Below are positions 34,817 to 47,133 of a stretch of DNA of 64,000 bases, in pieces. Source of the DNA: Macrostomum lignano (lineage: Eukaryota); the NCBI GenBank assembly GCA_002269645.1, contig NIVC01002574.1, positions 1-64,000 on the forward strand, read 5' to 3'. Positions within the stretch are counted from its first letter, which is position 1; every line of letters starts with the position of its first letter. The translations under genes and the position numbers were made by a program. The notes beneath the pieces were generated by a model that had not been told where the DNA came from, did no database searches, and saw only the letters and a program-made list of their open reading frames with translations.

Positions 34817-36769
34817 CAGTGTTCACTCACAAGTTGTCAGTACTTTTAAACTAAATTTAATCACGCAGCTTGACTGTAGCGTTGTGTGCTTTGCCTAGGT
34901 TTCACCGAGTCAATCTATTTTCTAATCTTTAATTAATGTCAGAAATAGGTATGGTATGGACGATAATATCTAGTGAATCTGTGCTTTTTTACTCAGTAAT
35001 ATTTCTCTATCTAGAAGTGTAAATCTACGTCTCTAGTCTAATTTTTAACAAGGCCTAAGTCAAAGTTCTTAGTTCTTTCTAACTAACTATCAGCTAGTAA
35101 TTATGATTATGAAATAATTTTGATGCAATAATAGTGACGACCTAGTAAAGTTAATTCTAAGCCTAACTACACCTAAAACCAAATTTAAAGTAATGACAAT
35201 GTAAATGAAAATGGAACAGTTTAGGCCTAATAGGCCTACTTTTTTAATTTTTAATATGCCACTGGCATCATATTCTAGAATCTAGACCCAAATCTAATAG
35301 TATGTAGGCCTAACACATTAAATTATCTGCTTTTTATTAGCTAGTAGGCATATGACTATCTCCTTAGATATGTGATATGTGACTATCTAGAGTATATGTA
35401 TTTTTTGAGTTAAAGTATGATTAGACTACCTATATTCTATGGTATAGGCTAATTTGACCTAATTAATTGAATCAAATTTCCATTGTTGAATTTTTGCTAA
35501 AGTGCATAGGTTATAATAAGAAAATATGATGTTAATATCTTTGAATCTAAAATTATACCATAGTAAGCTCATTGTAAATTTATTATAATATTGAGCCTTC
35601 TCTAATATGAAATGTTCTTTAGGTTGATGAAAAGGTTGGACAATATTGAATTTTCAATTTCAAAAAAGTATTTTTTTGACAATATGATATGAGATACAAT
35701 TGAGATTTTGAGATACTTTATTCAGATAAAACAAAGCTAATTTAAAGAATTTAAAGAATTGAAAAAAATAGATTTCTTTTTACAAAATTTTCTATATTCA
35801 AAAACAACTTTAAACTTTGTGCACTTTTGTTAAAAAATCATAACCTTTAATTTGTAAACAGCATGGACATTTTTGGGTGTATATTATTTTTCCAAACATG
35901 GCTAAATCCTTTAATGAGTTGTTTTTTGGCACTAATTTGATTCATATTAAATTCAATGTGTTTATATTAACTTCTAAGTAATCTATGCTATATTCAGAAG
36001 ATTAATATTCAACCTAAGGCTCTTTATTTTACTTTATTTTATATCTTAGATTCTTGACATTTTTAAAAATCATGATTCAACTGAGATTCAATCAGAAAAA
36101 AGTCAAAATCTTAAATATTAATTGCAAAATTGAGATCTTGTCTAACCTCTATCTTTATTTGTAGATTTATACTTTTATCAAAGCTAGGTAGGCCTAATAT
36201 AGCAATGCAAAACCAATCTATTGTGCCGGGGGTTAGGCCTACCATTGTCTTATTACATAAAATCCTTAAAGCTATCTCATCAATATCATTAAGCTATGCT
36301 AGGCCTAAGGCTAATACTTCTCTATCATAATAAGTCCTAAAATCTATTATAAAAAGTGTCTTAAATCTATTTTTTTATATTGCACTTTAATTTCTATGAT
36401 TGCACTTTGTAACTCTGGTCTTAGTATACTTTTGGTGCCATCTTAGTTAGTGATGGACTAAGTATAGATTTTTGCAAGTTTCCTAAACTGAATCCAAATG
36501 TACAAAAATTCCAAATCTGAATATCCAAATATGTTTCCAAATATAAGCAAACGTAAAAAGTGAATGGAAGGAATAATTATGACACTTTTAAATAATAAAA
36601 ATACCTTATTATCTAATTAATTATCAACACAAGCAACTAGTTAATGAAAACAGTCTCTCATCCCAGTGAGCTTTGGGGTTGGAATATTATAATATAAGGT
36701 GCTGGCAAGTTGCAGTAATTGGCCATGGCCACCCTATTTTTTAGAAGTACCAATCCATATATGCACAAC

Positions 36770-37110
36770 CTTAAGAATCACCTGGCTGCGTCTATTGGCA
36801 ACACACACATGTAAGTCGCTTTTGGCTGAGAATATACATGCGCAACCTTGGGAATCACTCGGCCATTTCTATTGGCAACATACATATTTAAGTCGCTATT
36901 GGCTGAGAGCAATCACGTGACTATTATTCTGTCTAATAGTGACTTACATGTGTGTGTTGCCTATAGAAACAGCCGGGTGAATCCCTAGGTTGTACCCAAA
37001 CATAGCTGAGAAGCAGTCACGTGACTATTTTTTTGTCCAATAGCAACTTACATGTGTGTGTGTTGCTAATAGAAATGGCTGGGTGAATCCCTAGATTGCA
37101 CCCAAGCATG
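36770..37110. repeat. Foldback of about 100-bp units (two inverted, then two direct)
   Basis: CAACACACACATGTAAGTCGC-type copies oppose GACTTACATGTGTGTGTTGC copies around a CACGTG centre. Confidence 0.65.
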
Positions 37111-38399
37111 TACCAATCAAACCTATCTTCTGGCCATAGGCTGGTTCATAGCCCTCACTGTTCAATAGAGCCATTTGGCCATGTCTTATAGGATGGCTAC
37201 CACCTTTGATATGCTAAACTACTCTTGGAGCTGTCTGTCTTAGATATGACCATACTTGCAAGCTCTATAGAAATCTCTAACATTGATCTAGCTTAAAAAA
37301 GGCAATCTTAAGCAAGAATTGCTCAATATAGTGCCAGATTTTCTTAACCCCTAAGCTGTTTATAGTAATTAGACTATGTACTACTATGTAATAGTCTTTA
37401 GGTTTTTGTTTGAGTGCTAAAGCCTTTGCCCTTTGGCAAGGTGCCTCTATAGAGTTAGCAGCTTTGTTGGTGCTTCCTTGCCAAGGTGTGATGTCATGGC
37501 TGTAGGCTGATTTACTTGGCTGATATATTGGAGCTTAAGACTTCTAGGAAGGGCCTAATGGTAGTGCAGATGGCAGCATTGTGATCTATTGTGTCTTGGC
37601 TAATGTCAAGGTTGCTATAGATCCCTTTATAACATATTATTGCATTGGTATAGCCACATACAAACCTTAGAGATTTAGATATTTAAGATTGCTTCTATTC
37701 TAGGCCTTCCACTTTTATCTGTCAGCATAGCAATGAGGTTGGAATGGCCTCTTATTGGTGCTAGGCATCTTCAGCATTGTAGGGTAGCAGGGTAGAGCCT
37801 CATTCTTATTTATGCCTTATTGAACCTCAGGTTTGCCAAGTAGTTCTTGAAAAATGTCTATGGAATTGTCATATTAGGCTATTAGCAATCTTATAGCAGT
37901 CTTGTTATAAAGAATCGATGTAATATAAGATCTCCAAAGCTTGCAAGGGCTTGCATTTATAGCCTGGTTGACTAAAAATTGGACTATATCATTGTGTTCC
38001 TCCTTGCACCTTAGGTGGGGTATACCAGAATTGACAGATTTTCTATTTATGTTTATAACTTTTTTTAGATATTTTAATGAGCAATATGTCTAATTAAGGA
38101 TAAAATTTTGTAGATTATTATGATATTTGCAGATTCACTTTTTGTGCATGTCAGTTTTTATAAGCAGATAACTATTACTAACATGAAATTTTTATAGATT
38201 GCTTATTTGCTTGCATGTCTTTTGACTAGTGGCCTGACTTTGACATGGCACCTAGTGGCCTATAATATTTTGTCTTGCACAGTATTCAAGAAATTATGAA
38301 ACAATTGCTTTTCTACTCCCAGTGATCTTAGTCTAGATAGTGTATCTGCCTCAGGTATCTCCATAGATTGATAGCATTTGATTAAATACTTGTATTTGG

Positions 38400-39200
38400 C
38401 TCAATACTGAATTCTAGTGTTCACCAAGATATATTTTAATGACATGATGATTAGTGAGCAAGGTAAACTTCTCAGAAAACAAGTATTTACCCAGCTTTTT
38501 GACAGCCCAAACAATGGCCAAGGCTTTGTGCTCAATTTGTATAGTTTCTTTCCACTTTGCTTGGGATTTTCAAAATATAAAGAACACAACCATTAGACTG
38601 CTCTAGCATGGCACCTAGACCAAATGGTGAAGTGTCTGTTTTCAGCTTGATGTTTTATCATGAGGGTTGAACAGCTTGCTGATATCCACATTCAGAATCC
38701 TTCATTTAATTGCACTAAATGCTGCACTTTTTTGAGACCCCAGTGCCATTTTTCATTCTATTGCACAAAGTAAGCAAGGGGTTCCTTTATGGTGAAAAGG
38801 TTGCAGACCAGGCCCAAAGAGGCCATAGTTCCTTCATAGATTTAGGCTCTTCAATTCCTCTGATTGCTTCCATTTTGTCTAGTGATGATATCTTGCCTTC
38901 ACCACTGATGCTTAAGCCTAGATGCTTGACTGCCATTTATTCTAGTTATTTGAAACAGTATTTGTCTTTAGAATCCATGTAATAAATTTCAGTTGTTCAT
39001 TGTGTTCTGATTATATTCTACTGAGCACAAGAATGTTATCCTGATATAATTAACAATCAGTTTTTCTTGTTCACTAAAAGCCAGTCCATGTATCCTTGAA
39101 AGATAGCAGGTGCTTGCTTGACTCTAAAAAAGGCCAATGTCTGTGGTTGATATAGGCCAAAAGGTGTACTAAAAGTTAGTATCTAACTTTGTAAAGACCC
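38400..39200 (-). mobile_element. Very old, decayed LTR-retrotransposon RT/RNase H fragment
   Basis: Minus-strand reading gives STPFGLYQ...QAPAIFQ...VKHLGLSISGEG...DKMEAI...PKSMKEL with many stops. Confidence 0.65.
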
Positions 39201-39210
39201 TTAAGTAAAT

Positions 39211-39400
39211 TTAGCTGTCACCCCAGAAGATGCATAGAGTGGACACATTGCTGCTATCACTGATGACAATAGATGTCTTTGAAACAACACTGCTAGTCTT
39301 GGTCTTTATGTCTTTACTTTCCTCCTTTGAAACAACAATTCCGATTATGTCAACAAATCCATAAAATGTTAAATTGGCCAATTTATAAAAAAAACTTTGC
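39211..39400 (-). pseudogene. RPA70-like OB-fold fragment
   Basis: FVDIIGIVVSKEESKDIKTK...SKTSIVISDSSNVSTLCIFWGD resembles RPA1 DBD-B (VDIIG...LWG) as remembered. Confidence 0.6.
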
Positions 39401-39877
39401 AACATAGTTTTCATGAGAATGAAATTGTGTCTTTTTAAGGTTAGTTTAGTCATATGCTTCTTTTTTTCAAAAAGGCACTTTTAACAGTTAACAGCTATTC
39501 AAAAATTGTTACTTTCTGTTTGAACATGCTAACTATTTCTTTATATATATATTTTCACAAATACTTTGAAAACTATGTTCAAATTCTTGCAAAGAAACAA
39601 ACTTATAAAATTTAGTTGCTAAATCTATTTTAAGTATTTAAAATAAAAATTAGAAGACACTTAGATTTTTTCTAGATTATTAGTCAGGAGGTCAGGAGTC
39701 ATTTCCCCCTTCTCATTAAAAATCTGTCCTATGGTGCTAAAATAGAACTGGGATATTTTTTTCTGTTGAATTCTGCCTTCTTGAAATAGTAATAATTTTC
39801 TGTTACACAATTCACAGCCTCTATAAAAATCTACTTTCATGCTTTCAGTTGGATAAAACTGTTTCGACAGAGAAGCA

Positions 39878-42861
39878 ATGGAGGTAGACGAGCTTGGAAG
39901 CGGCGGTGGAAGTAGCGGCGACCCCGAGAACCAGTTGGTTAACATGTTCAGCAGCATGGCTACAGAGGACAAGGACAATCTAGTCAAGGCGCTGCAGGCC
40001 ATTGTGGGCACCAGCGTCAGTCCGGCCAATTGCCAATTCTTTCTGGAGCTGGCCAACTGGAACCTCAGTGGCGCCATTGGGGCTTATTACGATTTCGACT
40101 TCTCACAGCAGCAGCAGCAGCCGCAGCAGCAGCTTCTTCGGCAAGATCTTGTCGCAACTGACACGTCTGGTCCTCGGTTGGCCATTCTATCCTGCGAGGC
40201 TGTCGTCTGCGAGGACAGCAGCCTGGCCGTGTCGTGCACTGTCTACAACGAATCAACAAACGATTGCCCGCCAGGCTGTCGGTTGGTGTGCTGCCCGGAG
40301 TCCGCCGACGCTAGTGGAGGTGCCTACTTGTGCGAACCCTGTCAGCTACCCATTATGCGGCCTGGCAGCAACTGCAGCTGCCGTTTTATCTTGCCGCCGT
40401 TATCGGCCGGGGCGCTGAACGATTTGGCCAATCCTGGCAGGCGGGTTCGGCTGCGCTTAGTTGCGCCCGACGGTCTGCCGCTGACCCTGCCGGCCTCTAC
40501 TCGATGTTTAGATTTAGTCGATCTGGCAATGAGAGGGCGCGGCGGCGCTGAATCTGGCGCCTGCGCCGATGCAGCCAGCCGACCTGGCGCCGATTCGCCT
40601 GTTGCTGTGGTAAGTATGAAATCTGTACGAACACCGGCTGTGACTTACTTTTTGGCCAAAAATGCAACTTACCTATGAGAGAAACCTAAGCAAAATTTAA
40701 TGTAATTTTTGGGTAAACGGCAGAAGTAACTATGTCTTTATTATTAAGGCTAAATTCCTCGTCATCTAATTGGTACTACGTCTTTTTGGGTTGGCATTTT
40801 TGCCACTTACCTTGGCTGGGCCCTGACTGTGCCAGGTATTGCGCATGTATGTGTCTGCATAATGCGTAGATTACATTTAGCTAATGTTGGCTTAGCTAAT
40901 TTTGCACATTTTTCGATCGCTAAAATCACGATCTCTAACTATAAAAATCAAAACTCTGTGTGTCTGTGTGTGTGTGTGTCTGTGTGTGGACAATTTTGAT
41001 CGCTATGGACTCCCAAACCGCTCAACCAAATTACACCAAACTTTACACCCACCCTAAACCTACTACGGAGAATGTCTTAGGCTACCTTTTAATTTTCTAA
41101 ATTTGAGTCTTCCTACCTAAAAGTACAAAAAACTGCTCAAAATGCGCGATTTTTTCACTAAATCCTCCATAGCGCCGCTCCACTTCTACCGATTCTCTTC
41201 AAATTTGACACACTCAATCTTCAACTATTTTGACACAATCGTGTAAAATTTCAAATCTCAAAGTTAATCCTGAAAGCCGCTGTGCACTTTTAAAGTTAGG
41301 CTGTTTTTTTCAGCGAGGCAGCCACCCCAACCTCCGCCCGCCTGCCTCTCTTTCCCGATCTGGGCCCAGATGTGTAAAAGGGTTTCAAAATTGACTAACT
41401 TTCAGCTGCCATAAGTTTGCTCCACGTAAAGCGATTGACTTCAAACTTGACACAATTCTTCATTGACTCATTCTCTGTCTAAATGTAAAGTTTCAACTCT
41501 GTAACTCAACCGAAAAAGAAACTGTAAGCATGTGAAGTTTGTCTGCTTTTTCTGTTGTTTGTGCCACTCACTCACTCATTTCCCCAGAGCCAGACGAAGG
41601 TTCAGGCGATAGGACTGAATGTACATAGCAAATGTACAGTGTTTTGGAATAACTTTATTTATAGCCTTCTCTGCACCCCGAGAGTGGAGAGGCTACGTTT
41701 AGTCATAACAGTTTAGTGAGAAATTCTAACCACTGCTCTCCCCTCTGTATTGGCAAACTCTGCAGCAGTTTAACACTGGATGGCAATTGGCAATTGGCAA
41801 ATCGAGGGAATCCACTATCCAGCATAGTTTGTAAAAGCGAAAGATTTATGAAAAGGCGATGCGATGCAATGCAATACAACCCTACTAAATTAGGCACACC
41901 ATGGAAATTTTAGGTTTCTTTTAAAGGTACTGTGTAAATTTTAAATGGCCTCCTAAGAAATGCGTATTTCCTTGGTTGTTAGACTGATGCAGACTGCAGT
42001 GGAGCTGAAGATACACAAATTCCTTTAAGGGCTGCAAATTGGCAAGAAAGATGACGTGATCAAAGCATGAGAACAACGATGAGAGTACTACGTCCCACAA
42101 ACTGGCTTTCCAAGCAGGGATGGGCAGACTTTTACCTCAAAGGCCAGATAAAGAATCCAGCTCATAGCTGAGGGGCAGATGAAAGTGGAAAGAAGAAGGA
42201 ATAGACGATTCGAAGAGAGGAGAGGCGACAGAGGGGATAAAAGAAAAGATAAAAGATAATAGGAGAGATGAGGGGGTGAGGACGATGAGAGAAGAGGGGA
42301 GAGAGGAAAAGCGAGAGGAGAGAGTAGAGATGAGAGAGCAGAGAGCTGCAGATGAGAGGAGAGAGGAGACAGCAGAGAGGAGAGCAGAGAGGAAACAGGT
42401 GAAAGAAGAGATGAGAGAGTAAAGGGAAGAGAGAAGAGATAAAGATACATCTCTACATCTCTAAGGTTGTAGAGATGAGAGAGTTGGAAGGAGAGATGAG
42501 AGATAACGGAGAGAGGAGAGTGGAGTGAGAGAAGAGAGGGAGACAGAGTATAGAAAAGGGTAGAAAAGAGAAAAGAAGAAAGGAGAAAGGAAAGTGAGGA
42601 GTCAAAAGAGGGGAAAGAAAAGAGTACAGAGGAGAGAGGTGTGAGAACAAATAAGACAGAGATGCCAGATTAAAGAGGGGGATGAGAGAGCAGAGACGAG
42701 AGTGAACAGATAAAAGATAGGAGAGTAGAGAGAACAGAGGAGAGGTTACAGAGACGAGAGGAGAGAGGAGAGACAAAGGTAGAGAAGTGAGTCAGGAGAG
42801 AGGAGAGGAAAGAGGAGAATGGAGAGGGGAGAGAGTAGAGAGAGGAGGAGAGATAACAGAG

Positions 42862-42919
<58 letters not shown>

Positions 42920-44706
42920 AGCAGAGAGAAATGAGAAGAGATAAGAGAGAAAAGATAAAAGAAGAGAAAGGAAAGATGAGAGAGCAAAGACGAGAGAAAA
43001 GAGGTGAGGGAAGAGACGAGAGAAGAGGGGAGAGATGAGAGAGTAGAGGAGAGAGTTAAGAGCAGAGAGAAAAGAATAGAAAGGAGAAGGAAGAGAAGAG
43101 AGAAGAGGGGGTGAGAGGAGAGAGGAGAGGGGGAGAGAGGAGAGGGGGAGAGAGGAGAGAGGAGAGGAGAGAGAAAGCAAAAAAGTAGAGAGGAGAGAGG
43201 AGAGGAGAGAGAAACGAAGAGACAAGAGATGAGATAAGAGAGATGAAAGAGAAGAGAAATGAGGAAAGATACGAGAGAAGAGGGGAGAGAGGAGAGACGA
43301 GGGACGAGAGAGATGAGAGGAAACAAAGAGACGATAGAAATTTTAAAGGATCCAAGGGACGTAGGGAGAGTCAGGGAGAGACCAGAGTTTAGCAATATGT
43401 TTTAGAGTCAGAGAGACATTGCTTGACATTCTGCGCAGTACCCCAGCCAACAATGTCTCAAACCCTAATTTTACTCGAATGTGCTCCATTTTATGTCTAC
43501 CTCTATCCTACTAACTATTAACAAGTTTTTGTTTGTGTATGGCCTTAGATTTCAGAATACATGCAAAAGTAGTTCCGGGTATTGGAATTCCCCGGGTTCA
43601 AAATCCGCGGGTTTCAACAGCTTGTTACTTCTAAAAAATAATCCTTTATAATTCGTGTCAAGTTAGGCCTGAATATTAATACAGGTGAGACCATCCGTAG
43701 GGTTCTGATTGAGAGATTCAAAAAGTTTCTAGCATGTTAACTTACCCAATTGTACTACTAATAATCTGATGAGAGAGTAGGCATAGGCTAGCATATTCAA
43801 CGGTTCTCAAGCAATAAATCAAGAATGAACAAATCTCAATGTCTAAATTTCAGCTAAAAATTACATTTATTCCCGGCTTTTAACGTTAGAATCGCAGTGC
43901 CATTTGGCATCCTAGATTCAAACCCAGGATGCCAGCTGAGCATCAGTATAAGAACACAGATACCAGAATAACTAGATGGGCCACTCAGCACATTTACGTG
44001 TAAGCTACTTCAGTTCAGTAGTAAGTTAAACAGAAGCATTTTAATTTATTTTTAAACTCAAGGCTCTTTTATTGGCTCTTACCCCAGCTTAAACCCTCCA
44101 ACCGCGCCTTTTCACACTGCCCCCCGCCCCACCCTAATTTTTTTGCCTTTCTCGGAATTCCAGCCTAAAGCTGCCATGTACATTTCAGTGAACTGGCTAA
44201 TGTACATTATTGCTGAACCAATTAGCAAATTGTTTCCGCCTGCAAGCTTGGGCTTCTAAACTTATCAAAGCCATTTCAGCTGCCTTATTTTTTTAAAATA
44301 GCTTATGTATTCTTCATTGCTACTGAACTGAAAGTAGAAAGCTGTTTCACTAAGTATATATGCCTGAGTGGCCCATCTAATTATTCTAGTATCTGTTGTT
44401 AAGAATTTCAATATAAAAAATATTAATGTCTCTACCCTACCCTGATAGCTTCAGAAGTCAGCTCAGCAGTCTCAGTGTTTTCAGACTACTCAAAGTTGAC
44501 AATTAATGGAAATCTCGGATCCGAATTCAGAATGCCAAAAGTACGGTTGATGTGTCATGACACGCACGCTATGACACAGAAAGCCTTGTTCCTTGGCATA
44601 AATAAACAATAAGTGATTATTAAATTAACTTTAAATTATTTACCCTTGTATATTTCAGAATCCACCGCCGTCTCCGTCCCACGCTGATGAGAACATGATG
44701 GATTAG
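39878..44706 (+). CDS. ILRUN: ILRUN/C6orf106-like protein (UBA-like plus divergent NBR1-like FW domain), about 259 aa
   Basis: Exons 39878-40609 and 44659-44706. FSSMATEDKDNLV...CQFFLELANWNLSGAIGAYYDF matches the C6orf106 UBA-like region. Confidence 0.85.
40932..41620 (+). mobile_element. Possible non-autonomous Helitron-like element in the ILRUN intron
   Basis: TC start, then (TG)n/TCTG microsatellite, then three copies of ...CGATT..TTCAAA(C/T)TT..ACAC. The 3' hairpin/CTAG end is not clear. Confidence 0.4.
42150..43390. repeat. GA-rich low-complexity tract, including (GA)n at about 42865-42910
   Basis: The top strand is almost purely purine. Confidence 0.95.
43956..44396. mobile_element. 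MITE family copy 2
   Basis: TIRs CAGATACCAGAATAACTAGATGGGCCACTCAG and CTGAGTGGCCCATCTAATTATTCTAGTATCTG. Confidence 0.88.
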
Positions 44707-45856
44707 CCTAAATTTGTCTGCAATGAAAAATTGATACAAGTTTAAAATGTTTATTTATCGTGGAAAAAAAGCATTTTAGACTAGACTACTTATCGTTATA
44801 TGTTTTGTGTAGACTTTTGACTAAGACAGGACATTGCTTATCTTGATTGATATTTCCTTTTGATGTTGTACAGTTTGTGCTTTCAAATCGATGAATCAAT
44901 GGTAGGTACTTGATCTTTAATTTAATTTTTTTATGGAAGTTGACTTATTTTAATTTACTGCTATATTAGGAAAGTAATAAGTTGCAAGAATATGTAAACC
45001 CAGAAGTAAGCTTTTGCTATATTCAGATTTGCGTACAGTTCCTTTTTTGTCGCAGTTCCTCCTTTTCTTCACCCTTTGACTTTAATGAGTTTTGCTACTT
45101 GCAGCATCAGCGTGAGCTCTATTTAATCTGTTACATATTTACACTCAGAACACCAAAACAGCAGCAGCCCATTATTTGCAGTGTTACACTTTCCGCACTC
45201 TGTTATTATTAGCCCCATTCACCTTCAGATATGACTCCATCACAATAGCTTTAGTTAGATTTTGCCAATTCTCTTCATCAGATCCAATGCTAATACCAAA
45301 ATATATATTCACAATTTGCCATTTTTTGTGAAGCTGATTCAACAGCTTATACTAACTTGACTGCTAGAGTTTCATTCATTTATTATAAGTATTTTTAATT
45401 TAGCAGAATGAAAACTTTAGGTACTGCGTTACCATCCTATTACTGGATAACTAAAAACTAGAAGTAAAATGAGCTCCCAAAGAATTTGATTTGAAAAATT
45501 CTGAAAATTTTTTGATTTAGATCTCGACCAAAGTTAGAATCCCAATGCCGCCCGATCCCAAAAAAGTTTGATCCCATCTTACCTCTAAAAACAAATCGAT
45601 TCTTGCCCCTACGATATTTGATCCCTATCTAAACCTGTCGTCGTGATAACAGCTTATGACCTTGTTATGAAACAAAATAAAACAATAAATGCAATGAAAT
45701 AAATCAAAGTAATATTTTATTTTCTTGTCGACTAAAGTTACAACTAAACTAAAACTAAGCTGAACAAACTAAACAAGCTAAACTAAACTAGTTGCTCCTT
45801 TCCAATCTGTTTTGATTTTTGTAATCTTCGATTGCTTGTACAAATTTTCTGCTCCA

Positions 45857-47133
45857 ATGATCGGTACTGGGTCCGGATCTTCACAAGAAATACCGGAAAC
45901 TGTTGGGTAAGCCTTATGTGTATATAACTCAGATTTATGTCATATTAATATTCATTTAATAATTTTTATTAAATAAAAATATGGAAATGCCTTTTTCAGA
46001 AATGAGTATGAACCATTCCGCCTGTACTTCACCGGATTTCCGTACACATTTAACGAGGTGAGTTTTATCTTCATTATCTTTTTTCTTTATTAGTAGAGGA
46101 TAAACACTTTCAAGACAAAAATATCTACGATTTTAAATTATCTCTGTTTTAGGACAATATACGATGCCTTTTCGAACAGTTCGGACAGTTATCTGACGTT
46201 CGCATCGTCAGGCCTCCGAATGGCACTTGTATTGCTTTCCTTACACTCGGTAGAAAATCGTCCGCTCTGAAGGCCATTGAGGCTTTGAATGATAAAATGT
46301 TTGGCCATCAAAAGCTAAAATTATGCAAAGCGCGACCGGAAACGAAGCGTGAACACCAATTTCAATCCAGCAGTTCCAATACGCTATCGTGGCGACCGAA
46401 TGTCGTCTCTGAAATTGGTAATACGACTAGCACAGAACAACAGGACGCAGTTGAGCAGAGCGTGGAGACAGACAGAGTCCCGGTAGTTAAAGAGACTCAA
46501 TCGATAGAAGAAAAATGTTCAACCGAAGCAATCGAACAAAGCCACGATCATGAGAAGCCGCGTGAACATTCGCAAATTGTTCAGGACTTCATATCAAATG
46601 ATAAATTTGAACGGAAACGTAGTGACCGTCAGGGTAGTTCTCGCACAATTATTAACCGGAGTAATTCAGAGCCCGAAATCGAAATGGGACTTTCCTGTAA
46701 CGATGTCGTTGATGTTGAGGTGACCGAATTCGAGTCCGCTACCCGCTTCTGGGTCAAATGGCAATATCAGCCGGATTCAATGTTTGATTTAAGTGAGGCC
46801 ATGCGTGAATGGTATGTTCATCCTGGCTCAGTGGTGACGGAAGTAACGCTTAATAGACCGTACCTTGCTTTGATTGACAACGACATTACTCGAGTGCAAG
46901 TAATCGACAAGGCTGATGAAGAAAATTACTACCGAGTGCTGTGCGTGGATCTTGGATACGAAAGCGAGGTTGATCGGTCTTGCCTGCGCACTCTGCTAAA
47001 ATGTCCGAGTCAGTTGAGAAGAAGGTTGCTGCTGAACTCAAAACCAATAATCCGTGTTACGCTGTTTTCACATCCAGTTATAAGCCCGGAGGCGTCATTC
47101 GGATTGTCCAGAAGATTATTACACCTCATTTAG
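45857..47133 (+). CDS. RRM plus single extended-Tudor protein (gene A), about 362 aa; both ends uncertain
   Basis: Exons 45857-45906, 46000-46057 and 46153-47133. RRM RLYFTGFPY...LFEQFGQLSDVRIV...IAFL...AIEALN; Tudor VEVTEFESATRFWV...YRVLCVDLG. Confidence 0.75.

Noticed and set aside
42088-43395. Leu/Ser-rich and Glu/Arg-rich ORFs
   Set aside because: Translations of a GA-rich low-complexity intronic tract.
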